Below are positions 38,850-51,529 of a stretch of DNA of 64,000 nucleotides, in pieces. The notes under the pieces are model-generated. The model saw nothing but the letters and a program-made list of their open reading frames with translations. It was not told where the DNA came from and made no database searches. Position 1 is the first letter of the stretch; every line of letters begins with the position of its first letter. The position numbers and the translations under genes were made by a program. The stretch is from Sphaerodactylus townsendi (lineage: Eukaryota): assembly GCF_021028975.2 (NCBI RefSeq), contig NC_059436.1, positions 3,038,001 through 3,102,000 of the forward strand, in the 5' to 3' direction.

Positions 38850-39510
38850 GATCAGAGGTCTGTTGGGATCTGGTCTGGAGAAGGTGGACTTGGTACCCCT
38901 CTGTGACCTGACTGCTTTACTCAACAATTGGCAGATCAAGTGTGATAACTGACTGGGCTCAAGAGATGGTTAGTTCCTACTTGACAGGTGGTTCCTCCAG
39001 TCTTGAAACAGGCTGTCATGCATCCCACTACTAAAGAACCCTATCCTGGATCTAGGAAACCTCAGTAACTATTGATCAGTCTCAGAGTCTTGATCAAGGT
39101 GATTGAATGGTTGGTGGCTGGAAATCTTCAAGCATTCCTGTAAAGTGGATTGTTTTAACCTATTCCTGTCTAATTTCAGACGTGTTTATGAGGCTGAAGC
39201 AGCCATCATCTCCCTGATGGATGAATAATGCTAAGAGAGTGACCAAGGGAGTGAAACTGATTCTCCTGTACCCCATAAATGGCTTTTGATCCCATCGATC
39301 CTGGTAACCTTCTGGGAGGCACCATTTTGTGATAGTCCTGGTCCTGTACTAAGGGTAGATTTCAGAAGGTTGTGCTGGTAGATTGCTGCTCAGCCCTTCG
39401 ACCTGGGGAGGTCCCACAAGGCTCCATGTTGCCTTCTCTTCTTTTTCAGCATCTACATGAAATCATTGATTGAGGTCATCTGGTGATCTGGGCTGGGTTG
39501 TCACCAATGA
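38850..39510 (+). mobile_element. L2 LINE RT fragment
   Basis: PLLK.P.LD..NLSNY, EVPQGSML..LLFSIYMKSL remnants. Confidence 0.75.
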
Positions 39511-40400
39511 AAAAGAGAAAAAATAACAACACTGAAATGAATTAGGTAACCAAGAAGTTGAGGCAGAAAATGAACCAAAATGAACAAAACGCTTAAAATT
39601 AATACTGAAAATTTAAGAAAATATAATATTGGGATTTTAATGTAATGTACCGCAATAAAACCAGAGGATTGAAACAATAGCTATATAACAAAACACCTCA
39701 ATATAGCATCTTCCCCTTATGTTGAAAAATATTAAACAGAATAATGACAGAGATCAGAAGATATAACCCGTCACTCTCAAACAGAAAGAACAAACTCTGC
39801 AATTGACAGAATATCCATGTTTCAGCTTCCAAACCTTTCTCCAGTGGTCAGTAATCGCTACACACCATTTATCAATTACATAGAACAGACCTGACTAGGT
39901 CAAATAAAAAAAATACTTTAAGCTGTCGTGGAATGGTTTAATATAAAATCCAATGTTCCATATATAATGAATGTCCAACCCTACAGTTACACTTATGTTG
40001 TGAAAAGAAAGGATGTGCTTCTTTCTAATAACCCATGTAGAATTAGAGTCAACACTCAACTGAGATTGGAAAATTTCATTTACAGATGACAGGCAACACA
40101 TTCAGTTATGTCACACTTCATGAAGAATTAGAAAACAGGCATAATGTGTATAGTCCATATTATCTCATGTATATTTATAGACACGTATCATAGATATGTA
40201 AGACATCTTTTAGAGCAGTAGATTAATACATCAGTAGCCAGGGCCACACCTATCAGCATAGACAAAACTCTTCCTTCTGGCAACCTGCGATACCTGCAGG
40301 CATCTCCAAACCATAAAGATTAACCAGATACAAACCGCCATTGCAGGACATAAGAGAAAACTAATCAGCAAATAGTTTTCTTACGTAGAAACCTCTAACA

Positions 40401-40565
40401 CAGTGGTTCTCAACCTGGGGGTCGACCCCTTTCACAGGGGTCGCCTAAGACTCTCTGCATCAGTGTTGTCCATCTGTAAAATGGATAAATGTTAGGGTTG
40501 GGGGTCACCACAACATGAGGAACTGTATTAAAGGGTCGCATCATTAAGAAGGCTGAGAAACACTG
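40401..40565 (-). mobile_element. SPIN/URR1-like hAT MITE
   Basis: TIR cagtggttctcaacct, exact TSD ctctaaca, same internal sequence as 21258-21425. Confidence 0.88.
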
Positions 40566-41002
40566 CTCTAACACAAATCTGTTAAATACTGTAGTAAGTG
40601 CTACCATACACTCAGTGTGGAAATGGTTTACCCTGATCAGGCCTAGAATATGTCCTCGTTCAATCTCAGTTGAGTGTTGGCTCTAATTCTACATAGGGGA
40701 ATGGGCCACTTATGACTAAGTAGGTAACTCTGGACTGCCTGTGCCTCTTTAGTCATGATGCAGTGAGGCTGTTGAGGTACATTTGTCTCTGTTGGATGGT
40801 TGATTTCATCCAGTTCATCTAATGTAGTGCTTGGCTTGAATATGTCCTGGTTCAAGTCCCTGACATTCTTTGTAGACATTATCTTATTGAGACAGTGAGG
40901 ATGAAGGAGGTGAGACTTGCTGGGCCCGTTTTCAGTGTACACTTATTAATACGTTTTGCATACCTGACATCTAGATACCTTTCTTGTGTGTTGAACCTCC
41001 AG

Positions 41003-41190
41003 GCTAGCTTGATCTCATCAGAAGCTAAGCAGGGTTGAACCTGTTCAGTATTTGAATTAGAGTCTGCCAAGGAAGTCCAGGGTCACCACCCAGGGGCAGG
41101 CACTGGCAAACGACCTCTGAACGGCTTTCCTTGAAAACTGTACAGGGTCACCATAAGTCTGCTATGACTTGACAGGACTTTCCACTACCA
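41003..41190 (+). mobile_element. 5S rRNA-derived SINE
   Basis: gatctcatcagaagctaagcagggtt...cagtatttgaattagag resembles the 5S internal promoter; ttgaaaac...gggtcaccataagtc tail. Confidence 0.7.
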
Positions 41191-41447
41191 TCTCCAGGCT
41201 TGTATTCCTACTAGCCCCATAGTGGTTGGCCTGCAGACCTTCAGGAAACTTCCTCCTTTCTTCAGGCAATTCCATGGGGATGTGTAGTAGCTTTTTTTCT
41301 TTTCAGTCACACTGATAACGTAGCCTCAAAGAGCAGATGCCTCAGAGCTCATCCTCATTGGTTAAAGAGCTATTTGTCACCTGATTGAAAATGTCTGGCC
41401 AAGGGGACGAACATGATTCAGATGCAGGGCATAGATCAAATTAGATC

Positions 41448-41531
41448 TATGCATTACAGAAGGTTGGACTTGATGGCCCTTGGGGTCTCTTCCAACTCTA
41501 TGATTCTGTGATTCTATGATTTGATTCTATG
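41448..41531 (+). mobile_element. CR1 3' tail fragment
   Basis: ttggacttgatggccctt...ttccaactctatgattctgtgattctatga, the same tail as 2120-2187. Confidence 0.85.
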
Positions 41532-44119
41532 AGATTTTAAACAAAGCTGTTACAAAGTGTAGGTTTTTTAATACCCTGATTCAATAAAGCATAGACCTTT
41601 GCTATTCTTTGGATCTTTATAATATCTGTCCCCTCCTCCCAACCATTCCTTTTTAAATGTAAATACATTGACCTCATGGATGTGCACTGGAACCTACATA
41701 CCTGATAAAGTGAGCACTAATCCCAGAACAGATTCCTAGTATTTTCAAGGTGCCACTGGACTCCTGTTTTAATCTGCTGCTAAAAGACTAATCTGGCTAC
41801 CCTGTCTGGAATTAACACTTTTGGGTATATATCTGAAAGTATGAATGTGGTGAATATGTGTATCTGCAAGGTATGATGTTTGGAAGCTTAGATTGGGCTC
41901 AACTGGAGACAAACAAACCCAGATGGTGTCTGGGAAATATGTACATCGACCCAACTCGCACAGCAACCCCAATATTGGTCAGCTGGGTAACTTTAGAAAT
42001 TCCTAGCTGTCTTGTATTTGGCTCTGGCGGCTGTTAGGTGAGGTTCTTGTTGAGCCTGCTTTGGTGGGATGAGTGGGATATTAAATAAAATATAGTAATA
42101 CAAACAATGTAAACATTATTTTGCCCAGCAGGAGTGCTTAAAATACAAGGGGTTTCCCAAGTAAGAAATGCTTGTAAGATATGGTGAGATCTATTTGCCT
42201 CCCCTCGGTGGTGAATAATTGTTCTAGCTGATGGTCCATATTCCTCTTGGTTGAGGCCATTTAATTGTCATGTAAGAAACGGGGCCAGAGTGCACCTCTT
42301 GCTGTGTCTCATGCACATGATATTAATAAACTTGGTGTCAAATGTCCTGGGAATGGGTGATGTGATCTGCAAAGTCCTTTTCTACCAACTAACAATAGAA
42401 TTGAATTACTGAAAACACAGAGAGTGAAACAAGCATTTCCTGTCATTTAAGGAGAGAGACTTGAGGATTTGGAGTATGGGCCAGTGGAGAGAGTGTGTGT
42501 GTGTGTTGTATAATTCTTTCAGGGGGCTTACACGGTCAGCATTTTGCAGAGTCCAGACACCAAGGGCACAGCCTCTTTTTAAAATAGCCTGTTCGCATTC
42601 TGTCGACTTCAGCTGCAAACCAAAAGGGTATTATTCTCAGAACTGTCTCAGTTGTCACAATTTTTGTCTCCTTTTGTTAGAGGCAGGATAGAATTCTGGG
42701 GGTTTTGTAACTCCTTTTGAAATGAACTTGTTTGAAGTCTGAAAAATAGTTGTGTTAGCTGTTGCAACTGCCTTGTGTGGGCGACTTGCTATGATCAAGA
42801 GACTATCAGATGAGCAAATGGGAAGCCATAGCCATGTGACCCAGTTTTGGCCTGCCTCTGTCCTTACAGAGGTGGTATTTTTTGCCCAGTCAAACAATAT
42901 CCCTGTTGGAAAAGGTGCATCTTACAGCTGTCCTGAAGACAATTAAAGAATTGTGACTTTGCCCGGAGGAAGGTTGTTCCACAGCCTCAGGGCAAATACT
43001 GCAAATAGCCCCTGCTTTTAGCCACAAAGATTTTCCTCCTCCCACACTGTGATGGAATATGAAGCAGAACCTGATCTAAGGAATGCAGGTGGTGTGGGGG
43101 AATGGTATGGTGACAGTCAGGATCAGGACATAGACTGTCCCCAGGCCATGAAGAGATAAAGTTAAAAGCAGCACCTTGAATTTTATATTTTATTAACTTT
43201 CGTCATAGTCTGGTTTCTTGCTGAGTTTCTGTGTGGAATGCACACATTTTAAAATGGAAAACAACCCAGTGCAATAAAAGCAGTATAAAAACACACAAAC
43301 CATTCGTGAAAACTGGGTTACAAAATTGGTGAACAATACACTAAACAGTGTGCACCCAATGTGATGCCTGTGGGTTCTGTGACACCCACTGACACCTTTC
43401 CTGAAGGTTGTCAAGTTTGTTTAAAAAAAGGGCGAGTCAGGAAGGGCTGTTACCCCACCAATCTTCTAACTGACCATTAGGGATCTAGCAAGTGTCCAAT
43501 AAGTGTATCTTAGTCAACTCAGTATGTAACCCTGTGTGTATGAGAGAAAATATTGTAAACAACATGTTCATTTTAAGAAGAATCTTGTTAAACAGCTTCT
43601 GCCTTAAAATGCTGAAGAGCTGCTGTTGGGGTTGTTCATCACAACATTCCCAGACTTTTATCGATGGCTTCATCTCCTGTGGCAACCGTTTTGTGGTTGT
43701 GCCAACCAATCTATGTTGGATTTCCAGAGGTGCTCATTGACTCCAAAAGACTGGGGACCCCTGAAGTTAAAAATTCAAATTAATGGCCCAGTCCAGATGG
43801 GGTGTGTGTGTGTGTCATCCTGTAGAGGTGATGCAGGCACTCGCCAGTAAATTTGCCCTTTTCTGGGCACTTACTCTGACGGAGGGGCAAAAATACTGGT
43901 GGCCTTCTGAGATGCCCAGATGCAGCCCTAGATGCCACATCAGCACTCCTACACCCCATCAGCCCTGTTGGCAAAGTGGGTGTGTGCTGGAGGGTTTTCA
44001 GGCAGGCATGTCGAGGCCCGGGGCTTGAATTTATGCCACTCTTTTGGGCGTAAGTCCATTGAGCCCAAAGGAAGGATTTCCAGTGGCAGGGGGATTTTTC
44101 TGTATTTTCTTCCTCCCCG

Positions 44120-44590
44120 TGCTGACAGAAAGCCCTCTGGAGGTGGCAAGTGGCATTGCAGCATGTTGGGAGAGATGTTTCTAGGCTCTGAAGTGGTCTG
44201 TAGGTAGCAGCAACTACCTTGAATTGAACTTTGCAGATAAGGGGTAACCAGTGGAGCAAATGCAGGTAGGTAATAGACACACTTTGTTTAGTTCTCTGTA
44301 GTGGTTGAGCTGTGGTGTTTTGAGTTGCTTTACAGGCAAAGTTGTGTAGAGTAAAGGTTATCCGGGCATGGTTTCATATGGCCAGATTGACTGAGTCAAA
44401 GTAGTGTGTCATCCTCCAGGATCAATGAAGATGTGAGAAAGAAATTTTTGCTGCTGAATTAATTTGCTTCTCCAGCAGTAAATTCCGGAACATCTGCATC
44501 CCCAAGACTCTTAACTGAGTGAGTACAGCCTTCCCAATTCTTGTCACCTTTGTCCTGACCAGATTCTGGTCCAGCTTGTTCACCCATAGC
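44120..44590 (-). mobile_element. L2 LINE fragment
   Basis: Minus-strand LHWLPLICKVQFKV remnant typical of the L2 ORF2 C-terminus. Confidence 0.6.
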
Positions 44591-45045
44591 TATTTCACCA
44601 CAGCAACCAGGTGCTGACTAAGGGCTAAAATCATACAGGATCACTCTGACTGGTACTTACATGAATTATGAGGGCAGCAAAACTGGGCCGCCCATGGACA
44701 AGATAAATATGTGCTTAGATAATTCACATCTGTGCAGAAGAATACGTCTTTTGACTCACAAAGAAAGAAGTAAAGATTTCAAACATCTTCATGAGGACTT
44801 AGCGTGCTCTAGCTAGGATGGAATGGTGAGAGCAGTTGAGAGTCAATTCAAGGAAAAAGTACAGAGGATTGCTTTAATGGTTTACTCAAGCCACTAACGG
44901 TTTACGGTGCCACGGAGTAGGAAATTTTGTGGAGTACGATTTCCTAGTTTTTGCGTGTCTTTCTCCATGGTCCCTCAGTTGGTGTTGGTCTGTTAAGTGA
45001 AGAGCAGAAATTCTTGGTACCTGCCTCGAGTCTGGCTGGTTTAGG

Positions 45046-45282
45046 AGGAAGAAGTTAATTTTTGTACCCTGCTTTTCTCAACCGTAAGGAGTCTCAAAGC
45101 AGCTCGCAATTGCCCTCTCCCCACAACAGGCACCTTGTTTGGTAGGTGGGGCTGAGAGAGTTCAGAGAGAACTGTGACAAGCCTGAGGTCACCAAGCAGG
45201 CTTCATGTGGAGCAGTGGGAAATCTAATCTGGTTCTTCAGATGAGAGTTTGCAGGTCTTAACCACTTCACTATGCTGGCTCT
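45046..45282 (-). mobile_element. tRNA-derived SINE (Squam3-like)
   Basis: Same family as 20898-21207. Confidence 0.75.
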
Positions 45283-46142
45283 CCTGGTGGCATTGAATGG
45301 CTTTTGAGCAGCCTGCTAACTAAAATGGATGGTGTTGCCTATGTCTGTACCTAAAGAGAGCTCTGAGGTTGCTGATTACAACACTCAGTTCTTTACCATA
45401 CCCCAAGCAAAAAGCATGGTTCCAGAACTCCCCAAATTCCTCCATTTGCCTGTAGTTGAACTGCTCCCAAGCATTGTCTTCTACTCAGAACCTTGTAAGA
45501 CACCTGCTGTGGTGGTTGCCATATCAAAGTAAAAACCATCTCTCTTGGGTATAATTTGCAAGACAATGCTGAGATTTACTGTGTCATTTTCTGTTTGGGC
45601 TGGTTCCAGGGTATCATTGCCTATCGGCCTCCTGTGCTCGTATTCTAAGTGAAACGGCAACCGTGTGCTTTCTCAAGGTTTTAAATATAGAAAGTAGTTG
45701 ATTGAGGTGATGAGGGTTAATGGTTTCTGTTAAATGAAGTAACACTGCATTTGTTTAGAGTGTCACTGCTTTGTATTATATGCATATTTCTCATGTGTTG
45801 TGCAGTAGGGGGCAAATGAGAATGTGTGTTATTTGGACTTCCAACCATGACATAAACTGATCCCTAAGGGAATCAGTCACATTTTCACACAGAGTAAAAC
45901 AGTCATGATTTACATTCATGCACACAAAACATAAACTCAACATATCAAAGTTTATGCAAGTATGTACATCGTGTTTGTTCAATATGCACATATGTGCAAA
46001 TGGTGATAGCTTGGCCCAGCTTACTGACAAGTTGAGTCTCCAGGATCTTCTCAAAATCTGCCTTAGGTCCTTTAACTGACGATGCTCAGGACTGGACAAT
46101 CCATATTCAAGAGTGCCCGGGTTAACTTGCAGAAAAAGAAAA

Positions 46143-46411
46143 GAGAAGAAGGGTTTGGATTTACCTGTAAGGAGGCTCAAGGTGGCTTACAATCTCCTTT
46201 CCCTTCTCCCCACAACAGACACCTTGTGAGGTAGATGTGGCTGAGAGACTTCCAAAGAACTGTGACTAGCCCAAGGTCACCCAGCAGGAATGTAGGAGTG
46301 CGGAAACACATCTGGTTCACCAGATCAGCCTCTGCCACTCAGGTGGAGGAGTGGGGAATCAAACCCGGTTCTCCAGATTAGAATCCATCTGCTCTTAACC
46401 ACTGCACCACA
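46143..46411 (-). mobile_element. tRNA-derived SINE (Squam3-like)
   Basis: Same family as 20898-21207. Confidence 0.8.
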
Positions 46412-47049
46412 TTGGCATGGGGTCAAGGGAATTGCCTTGCGTCTTTCTTGGTGGTGGGGAGATAAATCATTTTTGGGATCGGCTAGAATATTTATATAAC
46501 TGCAATCACGGATATATCAATATTTCTGCAATTTAAAGGGCTTTAACAAAGTCCTTTCTTTTTCAACTTTGGGTGTGATGAGATCTGTGCCTTTAAGAAG
46601 GAGTTGATGGGGAGAGATAAGAGAATTAGGAAAAACAGAGGCCAGTTGAGACTTCAGCAAGCAGCTGTAGGGCAGGCACAGGATGGCTCCTCTCGTGTAA
46701 ACATAGAAACACGAGGAGGTCATGCTACAACAGCACATCTAAGAGCCCCAAGGTAAGCATTCCATGCATAATGGGCTATTTATCTATAGCTTTGGGGGCC
46801 ATTATGCTACAAACCAGTCATTCAGGGGGTTAAATGTGGAGTTTGAAATATGGATAAACCCCTTTGCTATGCTTTGCCCAAGTGCAGCCTGCAGAAGAAA
46901 TGTTTGTCAAAATCTGATTGGATGATAATCTCGAGCAAAATCAACTGAGCTGTGTTAAGACAAATATGACTGTGTGTGGCCTTGCTTTCCGAGATGAGTC
47001 AGCATTTAGAAACCAGGCTTCCCTGGTTGTGAAATTCCCTCACCACATC

Positions 47050-47200
47050 CTTATGGATTATTTGGAGCCACTTCCGTCTGATTGCAGACCTGGTTATGGA
47101 ATTGAAAAAGCCTTGATTGTCCTTTTGGATGATCTAAACAGGAGATGAACATGGAGAATGTGAACTTGTTAACTCTTCTGGACTTCATAGTTGCTCTCAG
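47050..47200 (+). mobile_element. L2 LINE fragment
   Basis: DYLEPLPSDCRPGYGIEKALIVLLDDL, resembling LDPFQSGFRPGYGTETAL. Confidence 0.65.
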
Positions 47201-48384
47201 TTTGTTTTAATGTTCATCATTGGGGACACTGACTTGAGCAGAAAGATGACAGAAATATTTTAAATAATATTTTTGTCCTTTTTATCCATTGTCCATTATT
47301 TCTTCTGCTGGATTTTGGTTTGCTTTGATGGGTCGAACTTCTTAAGAAATGTTCAGCTACTGGTTAAAAATATTTATGTCAAAATACGCAAGGGTCTATT
47401 AATGTTTTTAAGTTTGTATATATTGATGCTTATTTGGGCCCCTGCAAAAGCTACCTTGACAGCATAGCTTTAGCAATAGAGGGTGTCAGCGCTGCAAATC
47501 AATACTGCCGTCTCCCTGCCATTCAAAGCCTTTGCTTCTGAGAAGCAAATCAATTAAGGCTTTACCTAGATGTCTACACATCTTAAGCAGATCTTAGCAT
47601 CCAGTCACTTTTTTTTTACCCAGTGGAAAAGGATTCCTCTTCGGTCCTTGGAGTGCATTTTTATATCCACTTCCTGGCAAGTAGATTTTACCAGGCAAGA
47701 ACACTGAGCAATGTGTGTATATCTATGGCAACGATTCTTCAGTGCATTCACTTTGGTGGGATGACTCATCCTGGTGCCACTTGGAAAGTGTCTTTGTGTG
47801 TGGCAGTGGCTTTTTCAAAAGCTTATTATTTCTATGATGGGACATATTAGGCAATCCCTGTGTGTTACCAGCATCAAATTTACGGTGCCTGTAGTGGCTT
47901 TGTGGAGTCCTCTGCAGATAATACTTTGCTTATTTGGACTTTATTTTAAAATAATACTGTTCAGTCCTGAGACTCAAGACATTTGTTCATGCTTTATTTA
48001 GAGCCACAGTTAAGGTCAGATTAGTAAATATGGCTTACCATGCAATTGGTATCTGTTCTGTATTGAGTGGCTGTCTCCTTCAGGTTGGATTCTTGGTTAT
48101 GCACTAATGTTAGCCTATTTGGAACTCACCACGGCTCAGAGGAGAGTTGATCTGAGGCTTCGAAAAGTGGGCAGAGTGCAGCCCCTGCACCTGCACAGAA
48201 AGCAGAGGGAAGGAGCATGTGTATAGCCTGCTTCTGCTTTGCTCTCCCTCTCCCCCCTTCCACTGCCCTCCCGATAGTGTTTCCTACCAAAGGGTTTGTT
48301 TCCTTTTTATAGAACGTGCCAAATGCGCATGCAAACACACACACACAAAGCAGAGAGCAGCACAGGAAGCAGCAGGCAAGCAAA

Positions 48385-48481
48385 ATGGCAGCTGGTTCTG
48401 CTGGAAATGCTTTCGCAGTGGAATTTTTCCCAGTTAAACAAATAACTGGGGAAAACCCACTGCAAGGAAAAGAGCCACGCG
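48385..48481 (+). CDS. Candidate alternative first exon in intron 2 (MAAGSAGNAFAVEFFPVKQITGENPLQGKEPR + phase 1)
   Basis: aaaATGG Kozak, 32 open codons, cgcG|GTGAGC donor in phase 1 matching the phase needed for exon 3; preceded by NRF1-like, ETS and YY1 motifs. Confidence 0.45.
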
Positions 48482-51195
48482 GTGAGCAGTAAGTGCACAA
48501 AAGGCCTCTGATTCATGCAGTTTGAAGAACAAAATTTAGAGATAGATTTTCAAGGTTTCAGGTTCATTCAGTATTCACACTTATCGGCAGAAGCTGAACA
48601 TTCTGCATTTGTGGAAAGAAGCTCAAAAACCGCACAGCTTCCACATGCTTGCAAATGTGAGAAATTCACATCTAGAACAAATGATTTCAGTCTCCCTCCA
48701 AAGCTCTTACTGGCGTGGCTCAGGTATGATGACAAACTCGTAATTCTCCGTTATTGGCGGGGGCCAGGTGCCACATATCCTTCCTTTACATGTGGTGAGC
48801 TAGTAAAAGACTTCTGCTTTGTGGTAAACCATAGTTTATGTCTGAACCATAAACTACAATTTGTGCTTTCCTCTGCAACCACTGTTAAAACATGGGAGCG
48901 GCTTTGCTTTATTCTGGCTTGTAGAGATTTAAACACACATCTTAAGTTTTAGCAATAATAGCAAGCCATAGCTTTTCACAGAAAGTGAATGTTTTCCACT
49001 AGATGGCTGTGGAAGAAGGGAAGAAGTAAGTGTCCAATGTGAGAATCTACTGGAATAGCGATAATGCAAATGATACATAGGAGAGAATTGAGACGATAAA
49101 ATTGCAGCAGGTTTTCAGACAACGTTTGTGGTACCAGGTACAAGGAGCAAACAGTGACACCCTTGAGCCTCGGAAGAGCTAAGGTTTTAGAAGAATGAGG
49201 GTTTTAGAAGGACAGAATTTTAGAGGAGTGAGCTGCAAACCAGGAAGAATCTGCTAGCTCAGATGCTGTGCCCCGTACATGAATTCGCTGAATGGCAGCA
49301 TCATTAGACCTTCTCTCTCTCTCCATCCCATCTGCATTCTGGGGTAATAATAGTAGGATTTCAGTACAATTATTGAGGGCAGTTGAAACCCTTTATGTCA
49401 TTCTCCTTTCTGTAAAGGGAGAAACTGCTCAGGTTGTCTTGCAATGGTAAAAGGAAGTACCAATCAATCATAATAATCATTAAAAAAAATCGACCTCAAC
49501 TTAAAATAATTATATACAGCAAAACATTGTACCTTAGAGACCTTAACCCAAAATCTGTCAACTTGTCTGTTATTGTCAATAGTCCTTGGATAGTGTAATC
49601 ACAAAAACAAGTAATACTGAATTTTTTAAAGTACATTTGTTATAGCCCTGCTTTCTATTAAAAATACTTATAGTATACCATTGAGATATTTCTTCCACAT
49701 ATAGCACTTTCCATAATACATGGAAAATAATTGTTTCAGTGGTAGAATCTCATTTTCCAGAAGTCAATAAATAAAATTCATTTTCCCCCAGACTTCATAA
49801 CTGTGTTAAATAAGAAATATAAAGGCAGTTGGCTGAACAATTCTAAGCCACTGTTGAAAAAGGAAGACCTGATTTTTTTTCCGCAAGGGAAGGCAGTACT
49901 CATTATAGAAGTAGATAGATTCATGACTAATTCCCACTTGGAGATGTTTATCACATCTATCAAATCATCAGTCAGCTTGATGAACCCTCATTCTGCCACT
50001 GGAGGCATTTCCAGACAGTCCCTGCAAAACTTTGCCATGGCGGGCAACTCGTGGCTCTTCTATCAAAGGGAAGCAGTCTTGCTATTCTGCTTTTAAAGTA
50101 TAACAGGGAAAACTATAACTACCATTTTATATTATATTAATATTCAAACCATTAATAGCTGTGGGGCTTTTTTAGTGTATAAAAAAGAGCTACTCTGCTT
50201 TTGTCATTAAGAGAAAGTGGTTTGGATGCAGTCTTTGGATACATCCGATATGAACTATAACAATGATCAGCAGTCATTTATAATTAACACAGCTACAAAC
50301 ATTTTACATAAGATTGCAAAATGGTGGAATCTGCAAAAATAACTGGTTTTTGAGCATTTCTGCTTTATTTGGGGGTGGTGGAAGAAAGAATGGGTCTGAT
50401 TTAGAAAGAGTTTCTGCCTGCTCACGTCTGATCGTAACTGGCGTTTGACCTTAGTGTACTTGAGTGTGTGTAATGTTCTCTGGAATTCATCCAGTGTTTG
50501 TCGCCCTAGCTGTTGCCGAGAGATGCTTAAAAGCTCTCTCTGTTAAAGTCTCAGAAATCTGATTGGGTCTGGATAAGGTTTGTGGTTGTTGGAACTGGAG
50601 ACATTCCAGGCATCTGGAAACTAGATGCTTAACATCTAGGAACTATAAAGATTTCTCAGCACTGTTAAAGGCTGAAATGCTGATGGTGCTGACTCTTGAT
50701 GAACATCCTAGCAGGAGAACAAGGGAGTTTCACAAATGTATAGATCCAATTGTCTGGGACACCAATTGATCTATACATTGATCTAGACTCCTTTGTTCTT
50801 ACTGGCGTGAAAGCTTAGAGTTGTTGTTAAGAAGGCCCTATGCCCGTGGTTCGCCAGTTGGCCATGCTGATGGGATTGGCAGGGGCTGATGGGAATTGTA
50901 GTCCAGGAACATCTGGAGTGCCATAGGTTCGCCACCACTGCCCTATGCTACTACTGGAGAAAGGAAAGGTTATTTGCAGCATTGCACCATGCCAGCTTAA
51001 TTGTAACATGTTAGAACTGCAGGGAAAGTTTGTATTGCGCAGTATGGGTGTGGACGGGGAGCTATTGTTTTTGTGCATGATGCCATTGAATGAACAGGGC
51101 CTGTGATGTTTCCCCATCACCTGACAGTTGCAAGGCATGCTTGTCTTGTATAAGGGCAGGCTTTCTTTGGCCGTGTATCTTGGCTGCACAGATTG

Positions 51196-51321
51196 TTCTC
51201 CTGGAGGCGAGGCTCGGGCATCCTGATTGGGTGATTCCTAGCTCATACTCAGGGAGGCAGGACCTATTTTTTGTTGTCACTTCCTGAGGAGGGCTTAATC
51301 ACCCTTCCAGGATCCAGTATT
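51196..51321 (+). repeat. DIRS left ITR
   Basis: ttctcctggaggcg...ccaggatccagtatt is the reverse complement of 57242-57366, exact over ~100 bp. Confidence 0.93.
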
Positions 51322-51529
51322 GTTATACACTTCCTGCCTAGTTAGGGAAGAGTAGGGTTTAACCAGTTGGCTCCCAAGCCCTCAGGCATACAAACTCAAA
51401 CCTTTTTCCCTTCTCAGTCTGTCTTCTGTCTCGGCTAGGTAAGTGAGGTGGCAGAGTAGTTTTTGACTGGCTTCCCAACCCTCGAAACTGCTTTCGTAGC
51501 GGGAGAGACTAATCGCCAAGCATAGGCTA

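Noticed and set aside
41003-41090. 5S rRNA gene
   Set aside because: Degenerate, partial and fused to a SINE body and tail
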